From Blasia pusilla (lineage: Eukaryota): 64,000 nt of DNA. The position numbers and the translations under genes were made by a program. Below the pieces are notes generated by a model, which worked only from the letters and a program-made list of their open reading frames with translations, did no database searches and had not been told where the DNA came from. Positions within the stretch are counted from its first letter, which is position 1, and every line of letters begins with the position of its first letter. Location of the stretch: positions 29,884,001 through 29,948,000 of the forward strand of contig CM114271.1 in assembly GCA_050084515.1 (NCBI GenBank), in the 5' to 3' direction. Of the stretch, positions 25,741-40,084 are shown piece after piece.

Positions 25741-26851
25741 ATTCCCGCTTAGGAACAGTGGACTTTGGCCGTAAACCAGACCTCATTGGGAGACAATTAC
25801 TCAACAAGCTCCCGAAATCAACTCGTCACCAAACAACGACTCGCACATCAGTGTTCTTATAAAAAGTTCTATGACCAAATTAGGCGATTGGTGACGCCGG
25901 TGGGGGACTTACTCTTCCCCCGCTGCACGGATGGAATGATGAGTAGTTGGATCGACGGCGACACCAGTTAAGTGGCCCGCCCCTCATCACTCTATTTTTA
26001 GTTCTCTCCTGCCCTCCAGACCTCGCTGTCACGCCAGTCTCACCGTATGGCGAGACCTAATTATCGATACGTTTCCTCACAATTGCGCCATACTACATAC
26101 AATATGTAATACAACCGTGCCATCGGATTGTAATGTGAAAACTTTTCGTGCTTTTATAGCACTTGCGTCTCTTCATGTGAAAACTTGTTAGCATTTTCTT
26201 TTATATTACAAATGAGTGCCCCCACGAGATTAGAGCTCGGTGTGCCTTTTTTTTCTCGACGCCTCCTTAATGTTTTTTAAAAAGCATTTACCTTTACATG
26301 CAAACATTTTATCCGGGTTTATTCATTTCTATTCATAAAATACTTTAATCTCAACCCTAATTATAAAAAATAAACCTTATCTTTTCCTTTCTTTATTTCA
26401 TCTTAAAATTAATCCTTTCACCTTAGACCAAACAACTTCTATTCTTAACTCCCTCTTTGATATCTAATCTATATAATTAGAAAGAGGATGGGGTTAGAAG
26501 AAACCCTCTGACGGTGTCAACACCTATCATCTGAGGGTTTGTTTGATATTGACACATGTCATTTTAAGAGAAAAAGTTAAGTTAACAGGAGACAATAAAA
26601 TTAAATGATGAAGGGAAAGGAGCATAAGAGGCATCATTTAGAATAAAAAAAATTGAACATCACTCGTGCATATCTTGGGCAACACTCTAGTACATAAATT
26701 ATCATGGGCATACATATCGTAACACAACATACATCGTTGTCATTAAATACACAATATATCATATTAACTCATGGCATCCAAACATTGAGACGATCGGGTA
26801 TCAAAACATCTACAACGAATCACAAATCTCTCACAATGTTGTGCATACAAA

Positions 26852-26855
<4 letters not shown>

Positions 26856-26885
<30 letters not shown>
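26856..26885. repeat. (TC)n microsatellite
   Basis: Direct read. Confidence 0.9.
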
Positions 26886-26886
<1 letters not shown>

Positions 26887-27941
26887 ACAAACAAATTAAA
26901 CTCACTCTCCTAATAAGAAGCTTGGGTTACTCACAAGCAAGGAGGACCATAATTTTGCCACATCATGCCAAGAGGTTGAGCAAAGTGCATTAGAATGCAT
27001 CCTAGTATAAACTCATTGATCTATCCTAAAAGACGTCAAAAAATGATCTTTTGAATCATTTTCTTAACCCTACTTCCATTATCTCCTTTCTTGTTTTGGA
27101 AAAATCTGCACTATCCTACTCAAAATACACCAATCTCCTTACTTTTAAAGAGGAAAAATTATCTCTTCTTCCTTCTGAAATCCTCTCCTAACTATGTACG
27201 TTTCTTCTAATTATGTATAAATATGTTTAAGAAAAAACTTTTTTATTATCATTTTATTTTGAAGATTTATTTTAAAGCAATAAGAATAGTAATTCAATAA
27301 GCTTATTATCATGAAAAGTCAGATTTTTCTATTATAAGTTTTAACAAAAGAATTTTTAAATAATGTATTCAACCATTCTAAAGGTTATGGTTATCATTCA
27401 TGATTAAATATTCTTTTCAAGGACACATGATTTCTAAAAAAATTGGTTGGATATTTCTCTAATGGTTTTTTTACCTCAATTCTTTTGGACTTCTATGGCT
27501 AGCACAACATTGAAATGTGAAATGTGAATCCTTTAATATAAGAATGTGGACACACGTCATATTATAAAAACATTTACCCAAAAAAAACCTTATTGGAAAG
27601 AGAAAAATATTTTCCTATCCTTCACTTTGAAAAAAATAATTGAATCATGTCTTTCCCCTCCTTGATTTGGGGAAAAAGAATTCCCCTTTCACTTTTCCAA
27701 ACCCCATGTACTCGTTTTAAAAGTAAAATTACTCTCATCGTGTTAAAAATAATTGTCCTCTATGGGAATCTATCCCCACCCCTCCTCACATTTGGCCCCA
27801 TGTTTTTAAAAATCTTCAAAATTTTCTTATTTTTTCCTTCCCTTACAAAGTCAATACTCCAAAAACTTTGAGAAAATAGATAATTAATTAAAAAATAGAG
27901 GGACATGGAAAATTATTGAAAATCATCCAGAAAATTTTTTC

Positions 27942-28162
27942 TAAATTTTATAAATAGATTTTGTAAGGGCATGTAACGCTAAAATTAATGTAAGAACTAA
28001 AATTTAGGAATTAAGTTTAATTTTAAAACTAACATCTTTGCTGAAGGGATATGGAAAAGGGCAAAGATCTTAGTTTTTATATTAAAATTTCTTCCTAAAG
28101 TTTAGTTCTTACATTAATTTGAGCGTTACAAGCCCTTAACACAAATCTATTTCTAAAATTTA
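27942..28162. repeat. ~100-bp-arm imperfect inverted repeat (foldback/MITE-like)
   Basis: Arm 27942-28042 (taaattttataaatagattttgtaagggcatgtaacgct...catctttgc) is the reverse complement of 28061-28162 with scattered mismatches. The loop is 18 nt. Confidence 0.85.
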
Positions 28163-31133
28163 AAGATTTAAATAAATAAATAAACTCTTTAGACATTAAG
28201 GGGAGGATTTCCTGTTCCCCTTAAAGTCTAAAGAGGTTTTGCATGTGGTTTGAGGAGATAACTTGTGAGAAATATGCTAACTTTGTTAATAGCATGATGA
28301 TGACTTTTGTAAAGCTAATACTGTGCACAAAATTCTTAGGATTGTTAAGGCTACCCTTCCCATGTATAAGGTCAAATTCGAAATTATTTTTTCGAATTTC
28401 ATCCCTAGATCTTAACTCCATGACCATTGAATTTATGGATGTATAAGAGAATCTAATTTGAATTGAATGAGTGAGTTATACTTTGTTTGCAATCCATCGC
28501 TCTCTATCTTTACGTGAATTTTTGTTATACTTAAGAGCTTATGCAAAAGTATGTCATATTAGTTCCACTGGGCATAGAGTATTTGCAATGTATACTCGAA
28601 GAGGCGAGGGAGTGTCAACACCCATAGCACATGGATGACCTTTTGGGTGGGAATCTACATGTGCATGTTACCCGCAACTTGGGGCATATATAGAGGAAAT
28701 TAACATTTAAGGTAAAAAGGTAAGCTATATATTTTACAAACATTGATATCCCATTTTAGAAAGTTTCCTTAATGCATTATTAAGGGTTAGGGTTGCACAC
28801 GTGACATGTATACAGAAGTCAATGAGGAGATAGACCATAAGAGAATATACCTCAATGAGAGAGAGATTGAAGAGCTTATTTGCTCTTTGTTGAACCTCCT
28901 TCCAATGCGATAGCAAAGTTATGCTTCTCCTTGCCTTATGAGCAATCCAATTCTTCAACCATTAGAATGAGTTTGGTTTGACATAAGAGCATTTAAGAAT
29001 ATATGAGACATGATTTTATAATTTATTGTCAATCTTTCAGTAAATGGTCATGCGTACACATGGTTTCCACAATTGAGTGTGATTTCCAACTTTGTAAGTT
29101 TGCAAATGATGAAAAAAAGGCATGTTGTGTAGCCATGTGAGTACGCACAATATACAAGCTAGCCACGTACAACTTTAACAATCTGGAAATTTACCCCCAA
29201 AAATCACGCTAAATTTTAAAGAAAGTACTTTTGTACCACTTGTTTACAATCCTTCTTTTCATATATATCAAGAGGTTTCATACACATGTTCTCATCACCC
29301 AAATAGCGCGTTGTTAGAGAACTACACCCCATGTCTTCCATATTGAGGCCTTTCTGATCCTTCCAACTAATTACAAACATATAACCAACTTATAGTGGGG
29401 AGAAAACAACATGCTCACAATGTGAAGATGTTCCTTATCTATAATATTATCAACATCAAAAGGTAAGGAGTTCAAATGCAAAAAATAATTGAGTCGTGAT
29501 TTACTTTTTGGAATTTCTTTTAAAAAAATAGTGGTTTTCTTGCTTCATCAACTAACACATGGCTTGCTCTTCCAGCATAAGAATATCACGACACATGCAT
29601 ATTTGCTCATCGTCGATCTCATAAGATCTTGATTTTTCAATCTTATGACAACATACATGCTTGCTTCATGCTCCCTTTTTTAGGATTTCCTATTCTTTGT
29701 TGTGCATTAATACACACGGAAGGCTTTGCTTTGATCCATACGGCTCTTTTTGGTTCATGAATGATTTAGCTTTTTGGGGGGTTTATTGGTAATTTAGCAT
29801 TACCCAATCACAAAATATAATGTTTTTGTTGCACCCCTTATAAATAAGCGCGCAACATCATGGTTTTAATGAATTCATATTAGGATGGAAATGTGTTGGA
29901 ATCTCATGAGCAAGACATAAGTTATAGAAAAGAGATGTAAAACTTAATGGATGTCCTCAATGATAACGATTATGATCAAACAAACGCATCATTGATTGTC
30001 GCAAAAATGCTTCCTTCAACAAATTCATGCAATAGTAAATATATGTACTAAAGCCATGGGTTGGTTAATTTTACATGCAAGGCTAGTTTACACAAGAGTC
30101 CAAGTGGCAACATGGATTGTGCTAAGACATGGGCCAAACGCGAACCAAGTGCAGGATGCAACATCAGAGTATATCACATCCATTTTCTTCTATTTTATAT
30201 CAAGGAATAGTTCCCATGGTAGACTGGTTGGTAGAGGATCCATCCCATGTCATCTTTCTATATTAGAATGGTGGGCACTTTAAAAATTGGATGCGCAGAT
30301 GCCATACCTTGAAGAACGGAGGGGGCAAGTTTATGAGAGTTGTATAAGATCTAATGTCACATGAAGGCATAAAATGTGATCCAACTTGTGGTTTTCAACC
30401 TTGTTATCTTGGAGTTCTTCATATTGAAGTTCATGCTAGGAACATTTTTCTTCATTTTTTGAGTCATACATCGGGGTCAAAGATTAGGAAAATGCCTTGT
30501 AGGATGATGAGTGCTTAGTCTCGCATTAGAGATGGTGGACCTATGAACAAAAAATGAGTTTTTGGCACATAGAACCAGAGTTGGGAACATGGCTTAAGAA
30601 TATTCATTTTCACATAGTCGTTGAAATATATGCCATAGAATTGATTGTGAAGAATTTAAACTATAACGTACAACCTTATTGTTAAGGATGTTGCACAAAT
30701 GTTAAAAAGTCTTATTTGGATAGGATTTGAAAGTGAATATTGGCTCCGAACTCTTCTGATCGCAAAACCCTAGAATAGATTATTGCATATCTAAGAGCAA
30801 ATGGAAAAAAATATGTATAGACAATATAGATTTGGGATTAAGACTAGGCACATGTACTCAATCAATTTATGATTATGAGATTTTTGTTACCATAATAGTG
30901 TCACTATAAATCCATTTGAGGATTGTATGTTCTTCACGAGGAATGTAAGACATGATTAGAAAAATGGGAATGTATGACTCTGAATGATTGTAAAAGATTA
31001 CACATATATGATCCATGGATGTAAGATTTGTCATCGTATCACCATGATTAAAAAAAATTCTAACAACTTTTCCTTTTGGATTTTGGCTAGAAGACAACTT
31101 GAGGATGGAATTTTCACCTCATTAAGATCGTAG

Positions 31134-31322
31134 TGTCGCGACCCTCAAAGCCAAACGAGGGCCAATACGAAACATCAAAGTTATAGTAGGCTCATAACAA
31201 GATGGAAGCACATTACAGAGTCTCTTGAATGAGACATGAGATCTGAGACACACACAAGGTTAGGAATTTCATGTAATGAGGGTCGTGACCCAATAAACCA
31301 AGACATAATGCAAAGCAAGACT
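31134..31322 (+). mobile_element. Diverged LTR 5'-end fragment related to the chromovirus LTR at 55593
   Basis: Starts tgtcgcgaccctcaaagccaaac versus tgtcgcgaccctcataaccaaac. It later shares cgaaacatca and ggtcgtgacc...agactt versus ggtcgcgacc...agactt. Confidence 0.6.
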
Positions 31323-33769
31323 TAAGAGGAGCTAAAGTCCCATAAGAGTTGGTTGCCAATAAGACTTAGAACCTGACTTGCGTTTGAGGATTTTGCAATG
31401 TTTATGGTCATAATGAGCAAATCAATAGGAATTTGGGATGAATAATAAGGCATTAGAAATCCTACATGAAGACCATTCCAATACACAAAAGATCCACCCA
31501 AACGCATGAACATAGATTTAGAAATTGCTTCTCAACTATCACATTGGTAGTTGGGTTGAGGGCCAAAATGAGCGGTCCAAGAGGACTTTTCCAAAGACGA
31601 AGAGAGGTGGAGATCTCTATAACTATATATTAGGGGGAGGGCCTCCAATGGGTGCTTGGGACATGAACTCTACTTTAGGGCGTTGTGGGGTAAACTAAGG
31701 GCACGGAACGGATTGGGAGGTTGGCTTCGGGGTGTGGACATCCAACTAACTCCGAGGGGGTGAATTTTAGATGTCAACCTTGGACCTTGACCCGTGACTC
31801 AATTCTTGGGTCTTGATTAGAGACTCATTCAAGATTCATTTGAACCATGCACACCATTAGTCCTCGTTGTGAAGAGAATAACAGAAAAGGGGAAGAACCC
31901 CACAGTACATTGAGTCAGCCAACATCTACGAAGATAAACAAGAAGATTATCTTCACATTCATCACCTTTGATGGATTAAAGGTGCGTTTGGATAGTGTCA
32001 TCTACCCAAATATTCTTAAGGAGGAGATGAATAAGTTATGGATCAAGTGGCTACATCGTGCAATTGGTAACTTTGCAAGGAAAGTGGGAGAAGGTGATTG
32101 GAAGAAGGATTGGGCTTCTTTAGTGGTCTTGCGAGTTATAAAGACTTCCCAACAAACAACATGACGTTAGTAAGCAAGGTATTTGTCAAGATCAAAGTTT
32201 TAGAGTTGATGATGGAGATCATAAAGGTTTATTATGGTAATGTGGAGGATAGGTCTTTTATAAGAGATAAGACAATGCAAGCTGAAGATGAAATATCCCC
32301 ATAGACGCACTCAAAATGACTAAGGCTTGATACTTCGATTTTTTTTTAGTATGAGCCCATACCCATGATATCATCATCAACCATCAACTTCTAGGTTGGA
32401 CAAAGGAGAGGAAGGAGGGCCTCTACATCAACAATCGTCATCAAGCCAATGCCAACATGGTGGATTGTTGAGAAGCCTTAGAGGCCTACTGCCTTCTATA
32501 GATAGAAATAGCACACATGCATTCATCCAACTAAAGAAGAGATCCTTGATGCAAATAAAAATGAAGGCAAAGTCCACTTGAGGGAGGAGACGTGTGAGAA
32601 CAAGAGAGGTTTTTTGAATGATATGAATAAAGGTTGTAATATGAGTTTTGATGGGCTCAAAGAAAGTTCCCGTCGCCCTATACATAGCAGTGCTCTTCTT
32701 AGATCCTTTTGTGGGAAGAATGTTTTGAATTAGAGTGACATTATTTCTCATCTACCATAGTTGAAGAGTTAAAAAATATCCCAAAGAATTTGGAGGCCGA
32801 ATTCAACATTTGAAGGGGAAACACCAATAGTTGTACAAGTTCTCTCAACCTCGTATTGTTAAGGGTATAGTCTTATTTTGAGGACCTATAAACGAGTGAT
32901 ACTTTGAAAAGCCACATAATGAGTTCGTTTGTTGATTTTACCATAGACTAACCTTAAAACTAGAAAGAGGAGAAGGTTTTCATAAGTATATTAATTTGAT
33001 TAATTAATATATTGAATGCATTAATTTAGTTAACGAATCCAATAAGATCTTCCAAACTCTAAGTCTCCTTGATGTTTATTATCTCTTCTCATTTTAAAAT
33101 TTACATATTTTTAGAAATTTCATGCCAAAAAATTTGCAACAAAATATAGTTTTCAAGTTTAGTTTGGAGGGAAATTTCATTCCTATTTTAGGGAGAAAAG
33201 AAAAGAAAATACGAGAGTTTTGGGGAAGTAATAATTATTATAAATACTGGAAAACCTATTTCTATAATTTTTTAATTTATGCTTACCCTATTTTTATGAT
33301 CTCCTTTAACATTTTTTCTTAATTTTGTATGATTCCTTATTATTATATCATCAAATTTATTTTAAGCAGTTCTAGAAAATGCAGAGCAGGGGCGTTCTTA
33401 ATTTCTTACTAGTGTTAACTATGTTCCAATCTCATAAATTTTTGAACTTTCATTTACAAAATATTGTTGAAAAATTTATTTTGATTTTTTAAAAAGAAAA
33501 AGCACTATTAAGTTATTAATGGACTTATTTTCCTTTTTATGTCATAGTATTATTTATAATAAACCAGTACTTCGAAAGAGTTTTTCAACCATGTAGGCAA
33601 GCTTCGATAGTGTCCCTCGAGTTTATTAATCTATTATCTTTTCTCATTTAAACATACAACTTTATTTTAATAAAATTCTGCACAAAATCATTCAATACTC
33701 TTCTTTTTTCATATTCAGTTTGGAAGTAAAGATAGATCATACTTTGGGAAAGAAGAAAAACCTGCCTAT

Positions 33770-34950
33770 TTTTCATCATATGCAACTATGTAATCTTCAT
33801 ATGAAATTTGAGCTACTAAATTATCTAAGTGTATCTAAGTTTCCTCATAAACTTATATGAAAATGGAGATATAGCAAACATCCCAAAAGTGTTTTTGGAA
33901 CCGTGTGAATTAAACCTTGTAAGATCAGAGAGTGTATGTTCGTTTTTCATCTTCTTGAAGAATGAGATCTTCTAAAATTTAGGATCAATGTATATAAGCT
34001 TCCTTCAAATTTCAATGAAGATGGAATTGTGATCAAAACCCCAAAAATAAATAAGTGGTTTTTGGATCCGTGTGATTATGAAAAGAGGGTATATCCAAGT
34101 GTATCCAAGCTACCTACAAAAATTCAAGGAAAATGGAGGAGTGGCCAAACCTTTGATCCTTGCGCTTAAACCTTATAGTGAAAGAAAGTATGTTCATTTT
34201 TTTTCTTTCCAAAATATGTCACCTCCATATGAAATTTTGTCAGCTTGATAAACCAAGTATATCCTACCTACATGCAAAGTTTCAATGGAAATGGACGAGT
34301 AGTCAAAATCCCAAAAAATAGATTAGTATTTTTCTAGACTCGGGTACAGAAAACCTTAAAAGGAAAGAGCGTTTGCCTTTTTTTCATCCCGTTAAAGTAT
34401 GTGATCTTGATCTGAAATATGGGCCACTTGATCATCCAAGTGTACCTAGGTTACCTACAAACTTTCAATGAAAATGGAGGTATCACCAAAATCCTAAAAT
34501 AAACAAGAGTTATTTTGGACATATGCAAATCTTCTAAGGAAATATGGTGTATCTATTTTTCATCCAATTCAAGTATGGGATATTGATGTGGAATTCAATC
34601 CTTTTGATCAAACAAGTGAATCTAACCTATCTATAAAATTTCAATGAAAATGGAGTTATGACCAAAAGCCCAAAACTACATAAGTGGTATTTGGGCTCAA
34701 AGTGGTTTTGGGCTTGTTGAAGCAGGTCCAAATACCACTTATGTAGTTTTGGGCTTTTGGTCATAACTCCATTTTCATACAACAAATATATGATCTTCGT
34801 TTAAACTTTCTATTCATCATCCAAGTGTATCTAAGCTCCATGCAAATTTTCAATGAAGATGGAATTACGACTAAAAGCTCATAAGTAATTAAAATTTGTA
34901 CGTGCTTTTAACCCATGCAATTTAAGCTTGCAAGGGAAAAGAGTGGGTGT
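33770..34950. repeat. Degenerate tandem array of ~180-bp AT-rich units
   Basis: Recurring ttttcatc...tatgtgatctt...ccaagtgtatctaag..ac...tttcaatgaa(a/g)atggag...caaaa.cccaaaa in about six to seven copies. Confidence 0.75.
34644..34778. repeat. Perfect 51-bp inverted repeat with 33-bp spacer
   Basis: 34644-34694 (atgaaaatggag...gtatttgg) is the exact reverse complement of 34728-34778. Confidence 0.95.
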
Positions 34951-36069
34951 ATTTTTCACCCTCTTCAAATATATGCTTGTAGTAATTTTTTACCAATGCA
35001 ATACAATTGATCACAAGACCTTGTGAAAATCAATGGAAGGTGCTTTTTTTAATCCATAAATGATATTTTAAAATGAAACTTTCTCCATATGTTTTTGAAA
35101 GTGTATTTAACAGTCTAACTTCCCAAAAAAACAGAAGATGAAAGTGAAATCAATTCTTATTTCTGCAAAATGAAACTTTTCATTTTGAGCTTACAAGTAA
35201 TAAAATGCTTTATTATCAAGGATATTACAAAAACGAATGTCTAAAAAATGACATTCTTACAATACTTGTCAGAGAACAAGTTTACTAAAACTATTTACTA
35301 ATTTTTTTCACTAACATCACCAATTACTCTAATACTTTAGGTCTATACTTGAGTCCAGTAGGTTTAGATGTAAGTGGTGATTAGTTGGCTGGAGAGTTGT
35401 AATTCAGGTTTCTCATTTAAATTCTTTTTTATTATAATTATTTCATCATCGAAGGAAAACTGCGAACTATCATGCGATCATTGAAAGGTTGAGACTTTGG
35501 AACAAAGCTTATGAGAACCTCATTATCATCAGGATTATCGATTGATTTCACTCTCTCATAATTCTAATATTGTGGAGGAGACCTCTTCGTGGTTTATTAA
35601 ACTAAGTGGAATAATTATAAATTCATACTAATATAACAATATGAGGGTCGTAGGTAGTATTAGCATAAATGGAAGTTAATTTTATTTGGAGTTAAGTCTC
35701 TATTGTTGCTCTTCCTCATGCTTTAGAATTATATTTTCCATTACATAGTCATCTTCGTCTCGTCCCTCAGGGCTAGGTATTAGATGACACGCCGACCCCT
35801 CTAAGTCAAAGTTTCTCGTGTTACCTTCATGGGTATTCTACCTCCCTTTTGTACCATATATTCCACATAGCACATCAATATCCTCTAAGGCCTCGTCTTA
35901 CAAGTAGAGGTTATCTTCATGATTATAATTATGGTTTTGTGCATATAGAAATTGGACTCAATGTCATCTTCTACAACCCTTATAGTTTGTTCATGTCCAT
36001 ATCTTTAAAAGAAGCATTGGTCGTACACTAGTGCTTATCTTGATTTGTGTAAAAAATCCTTGTCTCCAA

Positions 36070-37700
36070 ACCTTGAGTTTGTATAAATATACACAAAATC
36101 CTTGACATCCTCGTTGGTCGATTTATTATAGTTCTTATTGTAGATAAAACCATAACTACTCCAATTCCTTTTTGTTGAAGAGGAAGAGACCACTTGTGCT
36201 AATATGGACTAAGCCAAAGAGTGCAATATTGGGGCACCTTGATCATGCATGCTCCACCAATCAAAGGATGCTAAATGAATAAACTTATTGGTTTTTTCGC
36301 AACCAAGATCGAGACCATGCATCCCCTTTGCATAAAATTTCAAATATTTGTTGAGATATCTCATGCACTCGGTATTTGAAGTGAGATCTTGAATACTATC
36401 AAGAAGATTATAAGGGGCAAGAATATAACCTAGTATATGTAATTTATTTTGGATGAGTGTCAAACGCCTGTCATTTCCATAGCTCTAGATATTGTAAAAA
36501 AAAAACCGTGATGTTTTCCATCTCAGTATGGATGGAAAACACATCCTTACAAGAAAATAATGGATCTCTTCCATTATCATAAATATATGATAATAAATAT
36601 CCACCATTATTGGTTTATGATCATCACATTCTCTAAAAAATACTGATAGTTGGCAAAGTTGAAACAAACAAAAAATCACCTTTTATTTAAAATTTGTGAT
36701 TGGTCACAATAATCTCAATCTCTTGTACCTTATGTGGAAAACTACTACATAAGCATAATTGGCGGGAAACAGCTCTCACACTCACACACCACCATGGAGA
36801 ACGAAATTTGCAATGAGAGAATGAGTGGAGGCTCGTCCCCTTCTCAATTATATAGGGTATGTACAAGCAACCCTAACCCTAACCCTAACCTTAACCATAG
36901 TCTCGAGTCTGACTAACTATGATTAACTAATCCTAGTTAAGATAATCGTGCTTAAGTGGCTAACCAAGATTAAGCTTCCCTACTTTGTATGAGTACCAAA
37001 TATAACAGTTCAAGTGTCTCATGAGCTTGACTGTAACTCAATCTTCAATATCTTGTGCCTTCTCATTCTATCTCTCCCATTGAAATATTCCCTAAAAGCA
37101 TTTATGGCAACCATCGCATCAAAACCTCCCTCAATTCTAAGACACATTCCAAACATTATAAAGTTTTTTGCAAAGCATGTGTTAGTAGGAAGTAATAGTG
37201 GTCTCTTCATAGGATTGGTTTCCATGAATTTGGCCATCATCAAAGTTATTGTCTTCATGAATACTACTCTCTTAAGAGCTTGTGCAAAAATTCTACCCAC
37301 AAGTTTTCCTTCAATAAGTTTTCCTATTACTAGCGTTATCAGTCACAATTTGCAACATATTCTTTGGACCTAGTCCTCTCTATGTGACTTGCCAAACATT
37401 CATCTTTTTGAGATTCCCCCTTGGTGTCTAAGGATTTGATAATGACCTCAACTTATGGACACGAGACCATGCTCACTAAAGACTCGCTCCTCACATTGGT
37501 CCAAACATCAATGGTGATCGTGGACCAATAATGAGAATTATCCAATATGATATTAACCTTTTCCGTCACATTCCCCCTTTGTCTCTCAAGTAGAGAATCA
37601 TGCAACGAATTGTAAGTAGGATTTGAATAAACATTCCCCTTTGTTATTCCCAACATTTCTCTGTCACATCTTTTAGGATAGATCGATATAATCCAGTGGA
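36070..37700 (-). mobile_element. Degenerate hAT transposase (DUF659 plus hAT dimerisation domain), pseudogene
   Basis: Minus-strand fragments TITIDVWTN (DGW-like), LLLPTNTCFAKNF (TRFA-like), LHILGYILAPY, DWWSMH..APILHSLA and ILAQVVSSSSTKRNWSSY...FVYIYTNSR. There are many stops, and a ~275-bp insertion at ~36733-37007 interrupts it. Confidence 0.85.
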
Positions 37701-38089
37701 GCACCTTCGGAGATATTGGAGGACAGCCTCAAGAGGTCAAAGATGACCTATTGAGGGCACAAGTAACCTAAGAAGCATGTTTCCCCTTCGTTTCGGCTCA
37801 TTTGGAGTCACATTGAGGAACTTTCTATTTCAAGTAAGTTGCCATTTTTTTGTATAGTTTACTTTCTACTTTGGAGAGTTGCCCTTCAACTACAAAAGTA
37901 GGTCAAGAGCCAAGGAGATCTACGAGCATAGGTTACCGTGGAGAGGGCTTGGGAGAGAGAGAGTTATACCTCCAAGAGACAGAGCTTGACAACTCATTCT
38001 CTTTTTGTTGAATCTCTTGGCATGAGGCGGAGCTATGGTCCTGCTTGCCTTGTGTAATCCAAGCCTCTCATTAAGAGAGTGGTTTTGGT

Positions 38090-38090
<1 letters not shown>

Positions 38091-38142
<52 letters not shown>
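38091..38142. repeat. (AG)n microsatellite
   Basis: Direct read. Confidence 0.9.
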
Positions 38143-38147
<5 letters not shown>

Positions 38148-39469
38148 TTATTATGAGAGATTTGATTGATTTATTGGAGATATTTTTATACTCCTCATCT
38201 CGTTGTGTGGATTTCATGAGTTAGCATGGGATCATGTATGTTTGTGTGTATGTTCAGTGACAGAAATGTATGTTGTGGATCCATGTGTAACCGACAGCTC
38301 GCTTTAAAGCATCTCGTCATACTATATTGAACGGTATTCCAGATTCATAGAAATACTTTATCTACATATGATCTTCAGGTTCTATTCCCTAGAGGTTGAA
38401 ATAATCCCTCATATCAGCTTACTTCTTTTTGACGCTACTAGTTGCCCGACTCCGCCCACTTACTCCTCTAGATTTGTCAAGATTGTTCCTCAGTATCATG
38501 TCTATAATCTCATCAATATTGGACACAAAATTAACATTATTTCATGAATTTTGCAAATTGAATTAGAATGGCGTTGTCTCCGCCTCTTCATTCGATCGTT
38601 TTCCTTGATTTTTCTATCAATTTTCCACCAATACCTTTATGGAGATCTCGTTGCAAATAAGGAGGGACATTCACTCATAATTTGGCAAGATGGATATTCT
38701 CATTCTCATCCCTTTTCTTTTGCCTTTCTCATGTGAAATGCTCCACCATCCTCGTATTATGATATGTTTTTACTGAATAGGAATAATAATTACACTGCCA
38801 TTTGCTTGATGTTCCACCTTCCACTTGTGCTTCTTCTGAATGTTCCTTCGAAATCTATTGGAGTTCTTGGGCTTTTGTTATGACTACAAGTAGATACTAA
38901 CCCCACCTAAATAAAATTTATGAAATTTTCAATAATTTAAGAAATTAATAATTAGATATATTGACCTATAAAATTTGTGCAAAGTATACGATATATTATC
39001 AAAAAATGCTCCAATAGCAACCTTGGAACACTCATTATGAACAAGAGAGATCAATATACTAACTTAGATAACCAAGATATCTTAAAGTATCAACATTATC
39101 AAATTCTTACTTATCAAGGTCGCCTATATATGGATAAATAAATTTAGAAAGAAGAGTATAGAGAGGGAGACATGGAAAGAGGAGTGAGATTGTGAGATAA
39201 TAATAAAAATAAACAAGTTATATAGGAGACGAAGGAAGGAAGGAAATTAACCCTTAATTCTTTTTTCTCATCTATCCCAACTTACTATTAATGCCCAAAT
39301 CAAATTCATTAATAAGCATGTAGCAAATCTTCTTTTGTTCTTCTAATCACAACCCTTTTTCAACTATCCCAACTTCTTCACCCACTTTTAGCTAACCTAT
39401 TCTCTAATACAACCACCATAATCTTTAACTTTCCCCTTTCCTCTTTCCTCTCCATCCATAAATACTAGT

Positions 39470-40060
39470 CGTGTGGCATCTAGAACAATCCGTACCTAGA
39501 GCCTGCCCCTACTTACACAAGACCTCCGTATATGCTATGTGTCTCAGCTTGCATAAGGCCCATACTTAAGCCTATACCTACCCTAGGGAAAATTGTACAT
39601 GGCCCATAGCCTCCCAACTTGCCCCGAGCCTAGACCCACATCCAACCTACATGGTCCGAACCTAAGCTTGCACCCAACTTAGATGGCCCACGCCTAAGCC
39701 CACATGGTCTGTGCATAAGCTCGCACACTATGCCCTCTTGGCCCGCACACAACTCGCGTACTAGCCCATACAAACAAACACCAAGTTGGGAGCCCACATG
39801 GCCACCGCTTGAGCTGCGCTAGCCCGCTAGGCCCATAAAGATCCACGATATACTCATAGGGGTCGACATAGGGCCCATCCTTGGCCTGCAAGGACCATGC
39901 CCGTGTCGCTCATGCATCTTGCATGTATCAAGCCCATAGACTACACGCCTATCACACCCTTGATCCAAGCCCACACCTATTCCCACATCCAGAGCTTGTT
40001 TGGAAAACTTGGGCATCAAAAAAACCTCGCGTAGGGGACCGGTTTGCCATGTCCATGAAC
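39470..40060 (+). repeat. GCCCA-rich dispersed repeat copy
   Basis: atccaagcccacacctattcccacatcc (39963) matches atctaagcctgcacccattcacacatcc (~49927). Both are followed by gagcttg...caaaaaa...gacc...ccatg. Confidence 0.55.
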
Positions 40061-40084
40061 ATATTCAGACATATATGTCTCATA

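Noticed and set aside
28500-32900. Possible decayed transposase or retroelement ORFs
   Set aside because: They are too degenerate to assign a family by eye and need a translated HMM search.
33770-34950. CRISPR-like array
   Set aside because: The context is eukaryotic, and the units are long, degenerate and lack unique spacers.
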